Of a DNA stretch of 64,000 nt, positions 51,634 through 62,994 are shown in pieces; positions within the stretch are counted from its first letter, which is position 1, and every line of letters begins with the position of its first letter. This DNA is from Pristiophorus japonicus. Lineage: Eukaryota. The DNA lies in NCBI RefSeq assembly GCF_044704955.1, contig NC_091995.1, positions 49,600,001 through 49,664,000 on the forward strand, in the 5' to 3' direction. The position numbers and the translations under genes are program-made. Below the pieces are notes generated by a model. It had not been told where the DNA came from. It searched no databases and saw only the letters and a list, made by a program, of their open reading frames with translations.

Positions 51634-52125
51634 ATGCTGCTTGTTACTTTACTGAACATAAGAACATAAGAACATGGAACAGGAGTAGGCCATCTAGCCC
51701 CTCGAGCCTGCTCCGCCATTCAACAAGATCATGGCTGATCTGGCCGTGGACTCAGCTCCACTTACCCGCCTGCTCCCCATAACCCTTAATTCCCTTATTG
51801 GTTAAAAATCTATCTATCTGTGATTTGAATATATTCAATGAGCTAGCCTCAACTGCTTCCTTGGGCAGAGAATTCCACAGATTCACAACCCTCTGGGAGA
51901 AGAAATTCCTTCTCAACTCGGTTTTAAATTGGCTCCCCCATATTTTGAGGCTGTGCCCCCTAGTTCTAGTCTCCCCGACCAGTGGAAACAACCTCTCTGC
52001 CTCTATCTTGTCTATCCCTTTCATTATTTCAAATGTTTCTATAAGATCACCCCTCATCCTTCTGAACTCCAACGAGTAAAGACCCAGTCTGCTCAATGTT
52101 TACTGTGTGCCCACTGTCTCCTCTG
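51634..52125 (+). CDS. Leader (signal peptide) exon of the MHC class I-like gene, interrupted
   Basis: Joining 51634-51654 to 52098-52125 gives MLLVTLLVYCVPTVSS plus G, then a GTAAG donor in phase 1, matching the alpha1 acceptor. Confidence 0.6.
51655..52097 (-). mobile_element. 5'-truncated CR1 LINE inserted antisense in the leader exon
   Basis: Open ORF SRLGLYSLEFRRMRGDLIETF...WNSLP...GKWS and a (TTCTTATG)n tail. Confidence 0.9.
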
Positions 52126-52429
52126 GTAAGCAATTCAAACAGCTTATATCTGTGGGCAGTGTTTGAGGGGACCCCTGAGACTGACAGTATCATAAGATAA
52201 TATTGAGCGGTCCCTGGGCCTAGAGTATTTCATTGCCTTGGGTGTGTGTGAGCAATTCAGGGTAAGGATAATCCCTGTACAGGGGAGGGGTCACTGTCAG
52301 AAGTTGTGTTACAGATATGTTTGTAAAATCTTTGATCAAAACAGTTTTTTTAATGGACTGACAATTATTGTCAAGGCGCACACACAAAGAATAGGCATTT
52401 GGGCGTGAAGTATTAGAGCTGTACCTCAG

Positions 52430-52655
52430 AAGGGGAGGGAAGGGACAGGGAAGGGGAAGGAAAGGGAGAGGAATGGGAACAGGAGTGGAAATGAAGGAAT
52501 GGGAATGGGACAGGAAAGGGGAAAGGGAAAGGGGAAGGCGACAGGTGGAAGGGAAAGGAGAAAGGGGACGGAAAAGGGATAAGGGGGAGGGTAAGGGCGG
52601 GGGGGAGGGAAGGCAAAAGGGGAGAGGGAAAAGGGAAAGGGAAGGCTAGGAAGGG
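52430..52655 (+). repeat. Polypurine (G/A-rich) low-complexity tract in intron 1
   Basis: Nearly pure G/A runs such as GGGAAAGGGGAAGG. Confidence 0.85.
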
Positions 52656-53299
52656 ATTCCATATCCCAACATCCCTCTCCATTATAAATAACTGCTCCAA
52701 ATCGTCCCCTTTGCTCCTGTGGTGATGATGATAAATTTATGCCCTCCGGTTACTGACTCACCAAACAATGAGAAGTGTTGATTCTCTTTACTTGACCAAA
52801 CCTGAGAGTTTGGAGCCCTCTATCAGCTCCCCTCGACCTTCTCTGTTCCAGTGAAAATAATCCCAGTCTGTCCTCATAACACAACCCGCTCACAACCAGG
52901 GATCACCCGAGAAAATCTCTTCCACACCTTCTCCATGACCCTGACATCCCTCTGAACAAACGGTGTCCAACATTGGACACAATGTTCTAACTGTGATCTT
53001 TGTAATTCTCTACCCTAGAGGGCTGTGCATGGCCAGTCGATGAGTATATTCAAGACAGAGATCGATAGATTCTTGGGCACTAGGAGAATCAAGGGACATG
53101 GGAGGAACAGTTGAGTTGAGGTGGAAGATCAGCCATGATCTTATTGAATGGCGGAGCAGGCTCGAGGGCCGTATGACCTACTCCTGCTCCTAATTCTTAT
53201 GTTCAAATCAGTTTTAGCGTCAACCACTGCTAATTCCACTTTGGGTTACTTTACAATCTGTGGCATTTTTGAGACTGGTTTCTGTTTTTGATCTAGCAG

Positions 53300-53560
53300 A
53301 TTATCACATCCTGGCATTTTACTACCTCCTGAACCATGGCTGGGCCGAGCTGCCCGAGTACAGTTTGGTGGTGATGCTGGATGACTATCAGATCGCGTAT
53401 TTCGACAGCATGTTGCAGCGGACTGTGCCCAGACAGCGGTGGATGGCCAACTCCTTCCAGAGGGATCACTGGGACGCCATGGCTATCACAATGGCGGGCT
53501 TCCACGGCCTGGTCAAAGGAAACACCGAGATATTTTACCGCCAGCGCCAGGGTGCCTCGA
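53300..53560 (+). CDS. MHC class I-like alpha1 domain exon (261 nt)
   Basis: Acceptor TAGCAG|, donor |GTAAGT, phase 1/1. DYHILAFYY...LPEYSLVVMLDDYQIAYFDS...VPRQRWM...HWD aligns with class I alpha1 motifs (H3, D29-D30, FDS, PR..W, W60). Confidence 0.85.
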
Positions 53561-53859
53561 GTAAGTGACCTGACAGACGGTGCAGCGACCCTGTGACAGT
53601 AGGAAGGGATTTGTATCGATACGGAGCCTTACGTGTCTCTCAGAAACGGCCCGCACCACCTCACACCCAATAACTGACTTGGAATTAGCTGGCGATTGTC
53701 CCTTCCTGGGAGCAGCATGGCAGGCATTTGGTGCACAGCAAATAGCAATGAGATGAATGATTTGTTCATCTGCTTTTGTTGGTGTGCATTGAACTGTGTC
53801 ATGAAACTGGGAGCAATCCTTGGTACGTTCGACGGGGCCTCAAATTAATGTTGCATCTA

Positions 53860-54066
53860 AAAGAAGGCATCTTCGACACTCCAGCACTCCCTCAGTACTG
53901 CCCCTCCGACCATGTGGCGCTCCCTCAGTACTGCCCCTCCGACCATGTGGCGCTCCCTCAGTACTGCCCCTCCGACCATGTGGCGCTCCCTCAGTACTGT
54001 CCCTCCGATAGTGCAGCGCTCCCTCAGTACTGCCCCTCCGGCAGTGCAGTGCCCCCTCAGTACTGT
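53860..54066. repeat. 33-bp tandem repeat derived from a DeuSINE segment
   Basis: (GCGCTCCCTCAGTACTGCCCCTCCGACCATGTG)n, about 5.5 copies. It is the reverse complement of the SINE segment GCAGTGCTGAGGGAGTG...GCACTGTC. Confidence 0.85.
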
Positions 54067-54186
54067 CAGAAAGAAATACCGTCTTGGCACGGTGAATCCA
54101 TCAGCTTCCTCTCCCTCCCACAATCGTATAATCTCCTGGGAGAGGCAAAGTAAAAAGAGGAAAAAAACTGTCGGCCAATTAGGAAG

Positions 54187-54730
54187 CATAGAAACACAGA
54201 AACATAGAAAATAGGAGCAGGAGTAGGCCATTCAGCCATTTGAGTCTGCACCTCCATTCAATATAATCATGGCTGATCCTCTATCTCAACACCATATTCC
54301 CGCTTTTTCCCCATACCCCTTGATGCCTTTTGTTTCTAGAAATCTATCTATCTCCCTCTTAAATATATTCACTGACTTGGCCTCCACAGCCTTCTGTGGT
54401 AGAGAATTCCACAGGTTCACCACCCTCTGAGTGAAAACATTTCTCCTCATCTCGATCCTAAATTTCTTACCCCGTATCCTGAGACTGTGACCCCTTGCTC
54501 TAAACTTCCCAGCCAGGGGAAACATCCTCCCCGCATCCAGTCTATCCAACCCAGTCGAATTTTATACGTTTCAATGAGATCCCCTCTCATTCTTCTAAAT
54601 TCTAGTGAGTACAGTCCTAGTCAACCCAATCTCTCCTCATACGACAGTCCTGCCATCCCAGGAATCAGTCTGGTGAACCTTCGCTGCACTCCCTCTATGA
54701 CAAGTGTATCCTTTCTTAGGTAAGGAAACA
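54187..54730 (-). mobile_element. CR1 3' fragment
   Basis: [26 protein letters not shown]...WNSLP, and a (TTTCTATG)n tail. Confidence 0.9.
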
Positions 54731-54994
54731 AAATCTCTGGGAAATTCCGCTCCGTCCCCCGTAGGGGATCGAGGAAGGTGCAGGAGACACCTGTGGCTGA
54801 CATCACTGGTGCCTGTTAACCCCAGCCACCTTCTATAACTCAAGATATTGGCCAGCTCCCTTTGCAACACTTGCAGCCTATTCCCACTCAGTGCAGGTCC
54901 TGGCAACATGTTTCCGAGATCGATGACTCTGTGAAAAGATGTACCTCCTGGCATCTAACCTACTGCTAAGGTTAAAGTTGAGCAGAGCGGAACA

Positions 54995-57900
54995 TGAATG
55001 GCGGCAGATTAGGAAAAGGGGAGGTGCAACGAGACCTGGATGTCATGGTTCATCAGTCACTGAAATTGGGCACGCAGGTACAGCAGGCGGTGAAGAAGGC
55101 AAATGGTATGTTGGCCTTCATAGCCAGGGGATTTGAATATAGCAGGGAGGTCTTACTGCAGTTGTACAGGGCCTTAGTGAGGCCTCACCTGGAATATTGT
55201 GTTCAGTTTTGGTCTCCTAGTCTGAGGAAGGACGTTCTTGCTATTGAGAGAGTGCAGCAAAGGTTCACCAGACTGATTCAAGGGATGGCTGGTGTGATGT
55301 CTGTAAGTGCTGTAAGCTTGTAATGCTTGTAGCTCCATACTGTGGATGTGACATATTGTGTACTGCAGAGTTATAATAAACAGATAGGCAGCTTCCGGAC
55401 CAAGCAGCCTCCATGTTAAGAGCTGTGTGTGTGTGCTCTGTGAAGATATCACAGTTGGCGACTGAGGATGGAGAGTTTTCGGATGCTTGAAGCTTAAATT
55501 TTGTTGGTGAAGGATTCAGCCACCCGACAGAAGACTTTGGAAGTTTCTGTCTTTGGAAAACAAAGCTACAAAATCCGAGGTAAACTACAGCACATGGTGA
55601 GAACAGCTAGAGTTTAAACATGGCAGGTGTAATCGGATATTTGGGTGAATATAGACATGACCAGGAACATTTTAAAGCATATGTGGATTGGCTAGAAATG
55701 GATTTCACTGCAAATAACATAATCGAAGTTCCAGACAATGCAGTCCAGAACCAGGCTGTGTTGGAACGGAAGAAAGCGATTTTCTTATCCGTGGCAGGTC
55801 CGACATTGTACGAAACCCTTGTAAATCTGCTTGTGCCTGACGAGCCAAAGGACACAACGCTTAAAGAGATTTTAACGAAGCTGGAGCAGCACTATAACCC
55901 CAAACCGTTAGAAATTGCTGAAAGCTATCGTTTCGGGATACGGAATCAAAAGACTGATGGAAGTATCAGTGATTACATCATAGCATTAAAAAAGCTATCG
56001 ATGCACTGTAATTTTGGGAACTTTCAAAACGGAGCATTACGGGATTGTTTTGTTTGTGGGGTGAAAAATGATGCGATCAGAAGGAAGTTATTGATGACAG
56101 ATGACTTGACTTTTGAGATTGCTTGTCAGACAGCGAGGTCAATGAGCATGGCCGAATAATATTCCCGAGAATTAAATAATGATTACGGTCATTAGTCAAC
56201 CGAGGTAAATCACCTGCAGGTTCAAAGTAAAAGACGGCCAGGGCCGAAAGTCTCAGAAACTGGAAATTCTACCAGAGCGTCGAAGTCGTGCTATAGGTGC
56301 CTGGGTCCTTAGTGTTTCTTCTGCAGAAAGACTGGGCATATTGCGAAGGCATGCCGACTGAAGGATAAACCAGCTTTTAAAGCTATGAGTCCAGCGTTCA
56401 AAGCTATGAGTAGTAATCCAAAGAGACTGCATGGCTTGGAAGAATAACAGCAGGATGAGGAGATATTAGAATTACACGTCATCAGGAGCACGAGTTTAAC
56501 GGGCAACGATTCGGAAAGTATCAAAATCCACATAGATGTTGCCGGATTCAAGATACCAATGGAAATTGACACGGGTGCCTCCATGAGTGTAGTACCGGAG
56601 TCACTGCACCGCGAAAAATTGCGTGATTTCGAACTGGAGAAATCCAAGATAGAGCTGCGAGGCTACTCTGGAGAGAAAATTCCTGTAGTAGGCTGTACCA
56701 CCGTACCGGTGAAATATAAAGATCAATTTCAGAACTTGCCTCTAATAATAGTGAAAGGAGACAAGACTGCTTTACTAGGAAGAAATTGGTTAAGCTCACT
56801 GAGGCTGGATTGGAATAAGATCTTCTCTGTGGAAGTGAGATTTTCATCAACGGATGAGGTTATCAAGCAGTATCCGAAGGTGTTCTGCAAAACGGGCAGT
56901 CCAATCCAAGGCTTCAAGGCGAGTGTTAGGATACAGAAGGACGCTAGATTGGTTTACTACAAGCCACGTTCCGTACCATATGCACTCAAAGAGAAAGTTG
57001 AGCAAGAACTCAAAAGGCTAGAGACTGAGAACATTATTTGTAAGATAGATCGATGTAATTGGGCTACACCCATTGTTGTTGTACCTTAGTCTGATGGTAA
57101 AGTAAGATTGTGTGGTGATTATAAGGTAGCCATAAACCAGGTTCCAGAGGGTAATGTCCCCAATACATTGCCTAATATAGAAGATTTGTTCACAACACTG
57201 ACAGGTGGTCAGATCCTCTCAAAACTGGATCTTACGAATGCCTACTTACAGCTTGAACTAGATGAGGAGACCAAGTCATGTTTGACTATAAACATTTATC
57301 TAGGCTTTTATCAATTTAATAGGCTACCGTTTGGAGTGTCTTCCGCCCCTGCCATATTCCAAGGAGTGATGAACCAGATTTTGCAAGGTATTGAAGGGGT
57401 AGTATGTTATTTAGAGGACATACTAATTTCAGCAACTAATTTCACCAAATAGGCAACTTCATAATAAGATATTGAATGAAGTCCTCAAACAGCTAGAGAA
57501 GCACAGAGTACGAGTGTCTGCTCATAAGTGTGAGTTATTTAAAAACTCAGTGGAGTACTTAGGGTACAGAGTAGACAAAGATGGTTTACATCCGACGAAG
57601 GAAAAATTGGATGCAATTAGAAATGTACCCACTCCCAGGAATGTCACTGAACGTCGTTCATTCTTGGGTCTTTTGAACTATTATGGGAAGTTCCTACCAA
57701 ATTTGGCTACAGTATTACTTCCACTGAATGAACTTTTGAAAAAACAGGTCCACTGGAAGTGGTCAAAAGAATGCGATCCAGCATTCAAGGAGTGTAAAAA
57801 CAAATTGGTAGAGAGCACCATGTTAGTCCACTATGACATATCAAAGGAGATTAAACTAGCATGTGATGCCTCTCCGTATGGAGTTGGGGCAGTAATCTCT

Positions 57901-60385
57901 CATGTATTGAGTAGTGGGGAGGAGAGACCAATTTCTTTTGTTTCACACACTCTCAGTGCCAGTGAGAAATTATGCGCAAATTGAAAGGGAAGCTTTGGCA
58001 TTAATTTTTGGGGTCAAGAAGTTTCTCAAATACTTGTATGGTCGTAAGTTTACTATCGTTACAGCCCGTAACAGCAATCCTCCATCCAAAGTCCCCAGTT
58101 CCAACATTAGCTGCAGCCCAAATGCAGAGATGGGCTTTGATTTTGTCAGCATATATATATGATATTGAATACAGACGATCAGCTGATCAGAGTAATGCTG
58201 ATGCAATGCCTAGATTGCCTTCCCCATCATAGAGTACACCTGATAGGGAAGAAGTGTTTTATTTTTCATACATTGATGAACTACCAGTCACAGCTGAAGA
58301 GATTGGTAGAGCAACCAAATGTGACCCCGTGATGTCAAAGTGTATGAGTAAATTGCAAATGGATGGCCAAACCAGGTAACAGACAAAGATACACATCCAT
58401 TCTTCATTCATAAGAATGAATTATCAGTAGATAAAGATTGTATCATGTGGGGTGCAAGAGTGGTTATACCAAAGAAATTCAGGTCCAAATTATTAGGAGA
58501 CCTCCATTACCAGCACCTGGGAATGTGCTTGACCAAGAGTTTTGCATGCAGTTATTTATGGTGGCCAGGTCTTGATAAAGATATAGAGTACATTGTGAGT
58601 CAGTGTACGACATGTCAATCAGTAAGCAAGCAACCACCACCAGTACCATTACAGCCATGGAAATGTGGCAAAGGCTACATATTGATTCTGCTGAGTTAAA
58701 TGGACAACAATTGTTCATTGTAATTGATAGCCATTCAAAGTGGGTTGAGGTGTTTCCAATATGGAAAATAACAACAAGTAAAACATTGGACATTTTACGA
58801 AAATTATTTTCTGCATTTGGCCTCCTTGAAGAAATTGTTTTGGATAATGGACCACAATTTCGTTCAGAAGAATTTGCACAATTCACAAGTGAAACATATC
58901 AAGGTTCCACCATACCACCCTGCTTCGAATGGTGCAGCAGAGCGCACTGTACAAATTGTCAAACGTACCCTCATAAAACAAATGTTGATCCAAATCCAAG
59001 AAAACATCAGTTGTCATTGGATCACAAATTGGCTAATTTTTTGATTACATATCGAAATACTCCTCATACAACTACTGGTAGAATGCCAGCAGAGTTGTTG
59101 CTCAAACGACAGCCACGAACCACATTCTCATTGTTAAAGCTAAATTTGGCACAGTCTGTAGAAGAGACACAAAATAGACAAAAAGAGAATCATGATAAAG
59201 GGAGACAAAAAGTGAGGAGTGAAATTAAACCAGAAGGTGAGAGTGAAGTGAAGAACCATCACCATAAATGGTTAAAGTGGTTACCCGGAAGAGTGGTGAA
59301 GATATTTGATAAAGATGTTTGATAATGGACAGGTTAGGGTTGTCCATTTTGATCATATTTTACCTACAGACATGGAAGGAGTTGAAGGTGGGAATGATTC
59401 AATTATTTCTGACTCATCAGATAGTTTTGATATACCAACAGCAAATCCTAAATCCAATGTACTGGAAACAAATCCAGGAGAGAATCAGAATGAAAGTCTG
59501 AGTCCAAGTCAGGGAAACAAAGAGCCTGAAGTTAGAGTGAGTGCAAATGAAAATCAAGGAAATTTCATGGAGGAAAATGTTCCTCAGGATGAGCCTCAAA
59601 TGAGTGTGAAATCAACACCATGTTTGGAAGGTTCTGTTCGAGAGCGAAGGTATCCTCTTCGAAACAGAAAACAAGTTGTAAAGTTAAATTTGTAAATATG
59701 TATAAAAATGAAGTTATTTATGATTTTTGTTATGATGGATTTTTTCATTAAGGAGGGAGAAGTGTGATGTCTAAGTGCTGTAAGCTTGTAATGCTTGTAG
59801 CTCCATACTGTGGATGTGGACGTATTGTGTACTGCAGCTGCAGAGTTATAATAAACAGGCAGCTTCCGAACCAAGCATCCTCCATGTTAAGAGCTCTGTG
59901 TGTGTGTGCTCTGTGAAGATATCACAGCTGGGCTGTCATATGAGGAGAGACTGGATCAACTGGGCCTTTATTGACTGGAGTTTAGAAGGATGAGAGGGGA
60001 TCTCATAGAAACATATAAGATTCTGACGGGACTGGACAGGTTAGATGCGGGAAGAATGTTCCCGATGTTGGGGAAGTCCAGAACCAGGGGACATAGTCTT
60101 AGGATAAGGGGTAGGCCATATAGGACTGAGATGAGGAGAAACTTCTTCACTCAGAGAGTTGTTAACCTGTGGAATTCCCTGCCGCAGAGAGTTGTTGATG
60201 CCAGTTCATTGGATATATTCAAGAGGGAGTTCGATATGGCTCTTACGGTTAAGGGGATCAAGGGGTATGGAGAGAAAGCAGGAAAGGGGTACTGAAGGAA
60301 TGATCATCCATGATCTTATTGAATGGCAGTGCAGGCGCGAAGGGCCAAATGGCCTACTCCTGCACCAATTTTCTATGTCTATGTC
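54995..60385 (+). mobile_element. CR1 3' fragment split by a Gypsy provirus
   Basis: [13 protein letters not shown]...RLIQGMAG at 55292 resumes at 59932 as LSYEERLDQLG. Confidence 0.9.
55293..59926 (+). mobile_element. Full-length degenerate Ty3/Gypsy provirus in MHC intron 2
   Basis: LTRs 55293-55453 and 59763-59926 (TGTGAT...ATCACA). TSD GCTGG, PBS TGGCGAC(T)GAGGATGG (tRNA-Ser-like), PPT AGGAGGGAGAAG. Gag, protease IDTGAS, RT YLED, RNase H CDAS, integrase LHID...DNGPQF. Many stops and frameshifts. Confidence 0.95.
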
Positions 60386-60724
60386 TAGGAACCTCAATGC
60401 AATACAACTGCTTCACAACACAGGAACCGGAGGAGCCCATTCAGCCCCTCGAGTCTGCTCCGCCACTCAACTAGGTCACGGCTGATCTGTACCTCAACTC
60501 CATTTCCTCGCCTTTGCTCCCTACCCCGCACTATGCTTACTGAACACAAATCTATCAATCTCAGGCTTGAAAGCTCCAATTGACCCGCAGCATCCACAGG
60601 CTTTTGGGGGAGAGAGTTCCAGATTTCTAGCACCCTTTGTGTGAAGAAATGCTTCCTGATCTGACTTCTGGATAGCTGAGCTGCAACTTTAAAATAATGC
60701 CAACCTGTTCTTGATTCCCCCACC

Positions 60725-62207
60725 CAGGGCCGGATTAAGGGTCTGATGGGCCTGGGGCAAACTGATCCAAATGGGCCTATAGTTATGTTTCTTCATGATC
60801 ATTACATTACGTGTATATGATTCTGAGTATGAAAACATAGGCCAGTATATTCAACAATGAAAGCGTATATTTACAGAAGGCTTTCAATAAGATGCCACAT
60901 AAGAGGTTACTGCACAAGATAAAAGCTCACGGGGTCGGGGGTAATATACTAGCATGGATAAATGATTGGCTAATGAACAGAAAACAGGGAGTCAGGATAA
61001 ATGGGTCATTTTCCGGTTGGCAAACAGTGACTAGTGGGGTGCCGCAGGGATCAGTGCTGGGTCTTCAACTATTTACAATCTATATTAATGACTTGGATGA
61101 AGGGACCGAGTGTAATGTAGCCAAGTTTGCTAATGATACAAAGATGGGTGGGAAAGCAAATTGTGAGGACATAAAAAATCTGTAAGGGGATATAGACAGG
61201 CTAAGTGAGTGGGAAAAAAATTTGGCAGATGGAGTATAATGTGGGAAAATGTGAGGTTATCCACTTTGGTAGAAATAATAGAAAAGCAAATTATAATTTA
61301 AATGGAGAAAAATTGCAAAGTGCTGCAGTACAGAGAGACCTGGGTGTTAATTGTGCATGAAACACAAAAAGTTAGTATGCAGGTACAGCATGTGATCAGG
61401 AAGGCAAATGCAATGTTGGCCTTTATTGCAAGAGGGATAGAGTCTAAAAGCAGAGAAGTCCTGCTACAACTGTACAGGGTATTGGTGAGGCCACACCTGG
61501 AGTACTGCATGCAGTTTTGGTCTCCGTATTTAAGGAAGGATATACTTGCATTGGAGGCTGTTCAGAGAAGTTTCACTCGGTTGATTCCAAAGATGAGGGG
61601 TTTGGCTTATGGGGATAGTTTCAGTAGGTTGGGCCTTTACACATTGGCGCTCAGAAGAATGAGAGGTGATCTTATTGAAACATATAAGATAACGATGGGG
61701 CTCGATAAGGTGGATGCAGGGAGGATATTTCCACTCATAGGGGAAACAAAAACTAGGGGATATAGTCTCAGAATAAGGGGCCGCCCATTTAAAATTGAGA
61801 TGAGGGGAAATTTCTTCTCTCAGAGGGTTGTAAATCGATGGAATTCTCTGCCCCAAAAAGCTGTGGATGCTGGGTCATTGAATATATTTAAGGCGGGAAT
61901 GGACCGATTTTTGAGCAATGAGAGCAAAGGGTTATGGAGAGTGGGCAGGGAAGTGGAGCCGAGTCCATGATCAGATCAACCATGATCTTATTGAATGGCG
62001 GAGCAGGCTCGAGGGGCTGAATGACCTATTCCTGCTCCTATTACTTATGTTCTATATCAAGTAGGTATATATTCTGGTTCTGGTAACATTGCAATACTGT
62101 GCTAGATTCCTATACATATATGCAAATTTCTCTCAATTTGGTGGGCCTATGTTCTTTGGTGGGTCTGGGGCTGCAGCCCCATCCGCCCCCTGGTTAATCC
62201 ACCCCTG
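60725..62207. mobile_element. hAT-type MITE carrying a nested CR1
   Basis: TIRs CAGGGCCGGATTAA / TTAATCCACCCCTG and an 8-bp TSD CCCCCACC / CCCGCACC. It sits in an antisense CR1 fragment (60400-60724). Confidence 0.75.
60872..62053 (+). mobile_element. 5'-truncated CR1 LINE
   Basis: [38 protein letters not shown] and a 3' tail. Confidence 0.9.
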
Positions 62208-62481
62208 CCCGCACCAGAGGATATTGGTTCTCCCTAAACCTCTCCACCTCTCTCTCCTCCTTTTAAGACGCTCCTGAAAACCTACCCCTTCATCCACGCT
62301 TTTGGTCATCTGCCCTAGTAACTCCTTATATGGCTCAGTGTCAGATCTTGTTAATATTCCTGTGAGGTGCCCTGGGACATTTTACGATGTTAAAGGTGCT
62401 ATATAAATGCAAGTTGTTGGATCTACCCGATTGAATCTTTTTCCACACTGTAAAGTGATTTGAGTATTAATTTTCCCCCAG

Positions 62482-62757
62482 GTGTTTTCTTTGTCCAGGG
62501 AATGTGTGGCTGTGAGGTGATGGATGATAATTCCACAGACGGGTTTATAAAGTTGGGATATGGTGGGGAGGATGCGTATGTTTTTGACAAGGACACATCG
62601 AGTTGGATGGCGCTGAATCCAGAGTTCCGGGCGTTAGCAGAGCGGTGGAATGCCAACTCCTTCATGAACAAATACTTCAAGGCTCTGTTGGAGAAGGACT
62701 GCGTGAAATGGCTGCTGACATACGTCGAGTGTGGGCAAGGAGCACTGCAGAGGAGAG
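62482..62757 (+). CDS. MHC class I-like alpha2 domain exon (276 nt)
   Basis: Acceptor TTTTCCCCCAG|, donor AG|GTACAT, phase 1/1, canonical length. QGMCGCEV...GYGGED...FDKDTSSW...ERWN...CVKWLLTYVECG..ALQRR retains the C101-C164 pair, W133, W147, W167 and Y171. Confidence 0.92.
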
Positions 62758-62994
62758 GTACATTGTGGGACCGGCGACTGGAGGGAGTGTTCCCGACGGC
62801 TCAGGTGGGGAGTGTGGTACAGACTGGGTTTTTATTTCCGGCTCTGTCCCGAGCCAGCTGTTCTTGGACAGGGTAGCAGTAAAGTGGCACTGCAACTGGC
62901 CTCAGTACCCTTTGCTTCGGGGCAGCGGGGGAGGGGAGGTGGTGTAGGAATTCGGGCAAGTGACCTAAATCCGATTATTTACCCGGTAAGTAAG

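Larger units (their letters stand above)
51634..62757 (+). pseudogene. Non-classical MHC class I-like heavy-chain gene (leader, alpha1, alpha2; remainder outside window), probably inactivated by a LINE in the leader exon
   Basis: Three exons in class I order with phase-1 introns. Reading from ATG 51634 enters the CR1 insert and stops at TAA 51667-51669. Confidence 0.65.

Noticed and set aside
53260-53299. N-terminal extension MAFLRLVSVFDLA as an alternative signal peptide
   Set aside because: It starts at GTG and lies in the intronic pyrimidine tract before the splice acceptor.
54739-54748. Perfect NF-kB-like site GGGAAATTCC in intron 2
   Set aside because: An isolated 10-mer, plausible by chance in 64 kb, with no supporting motif cluster.
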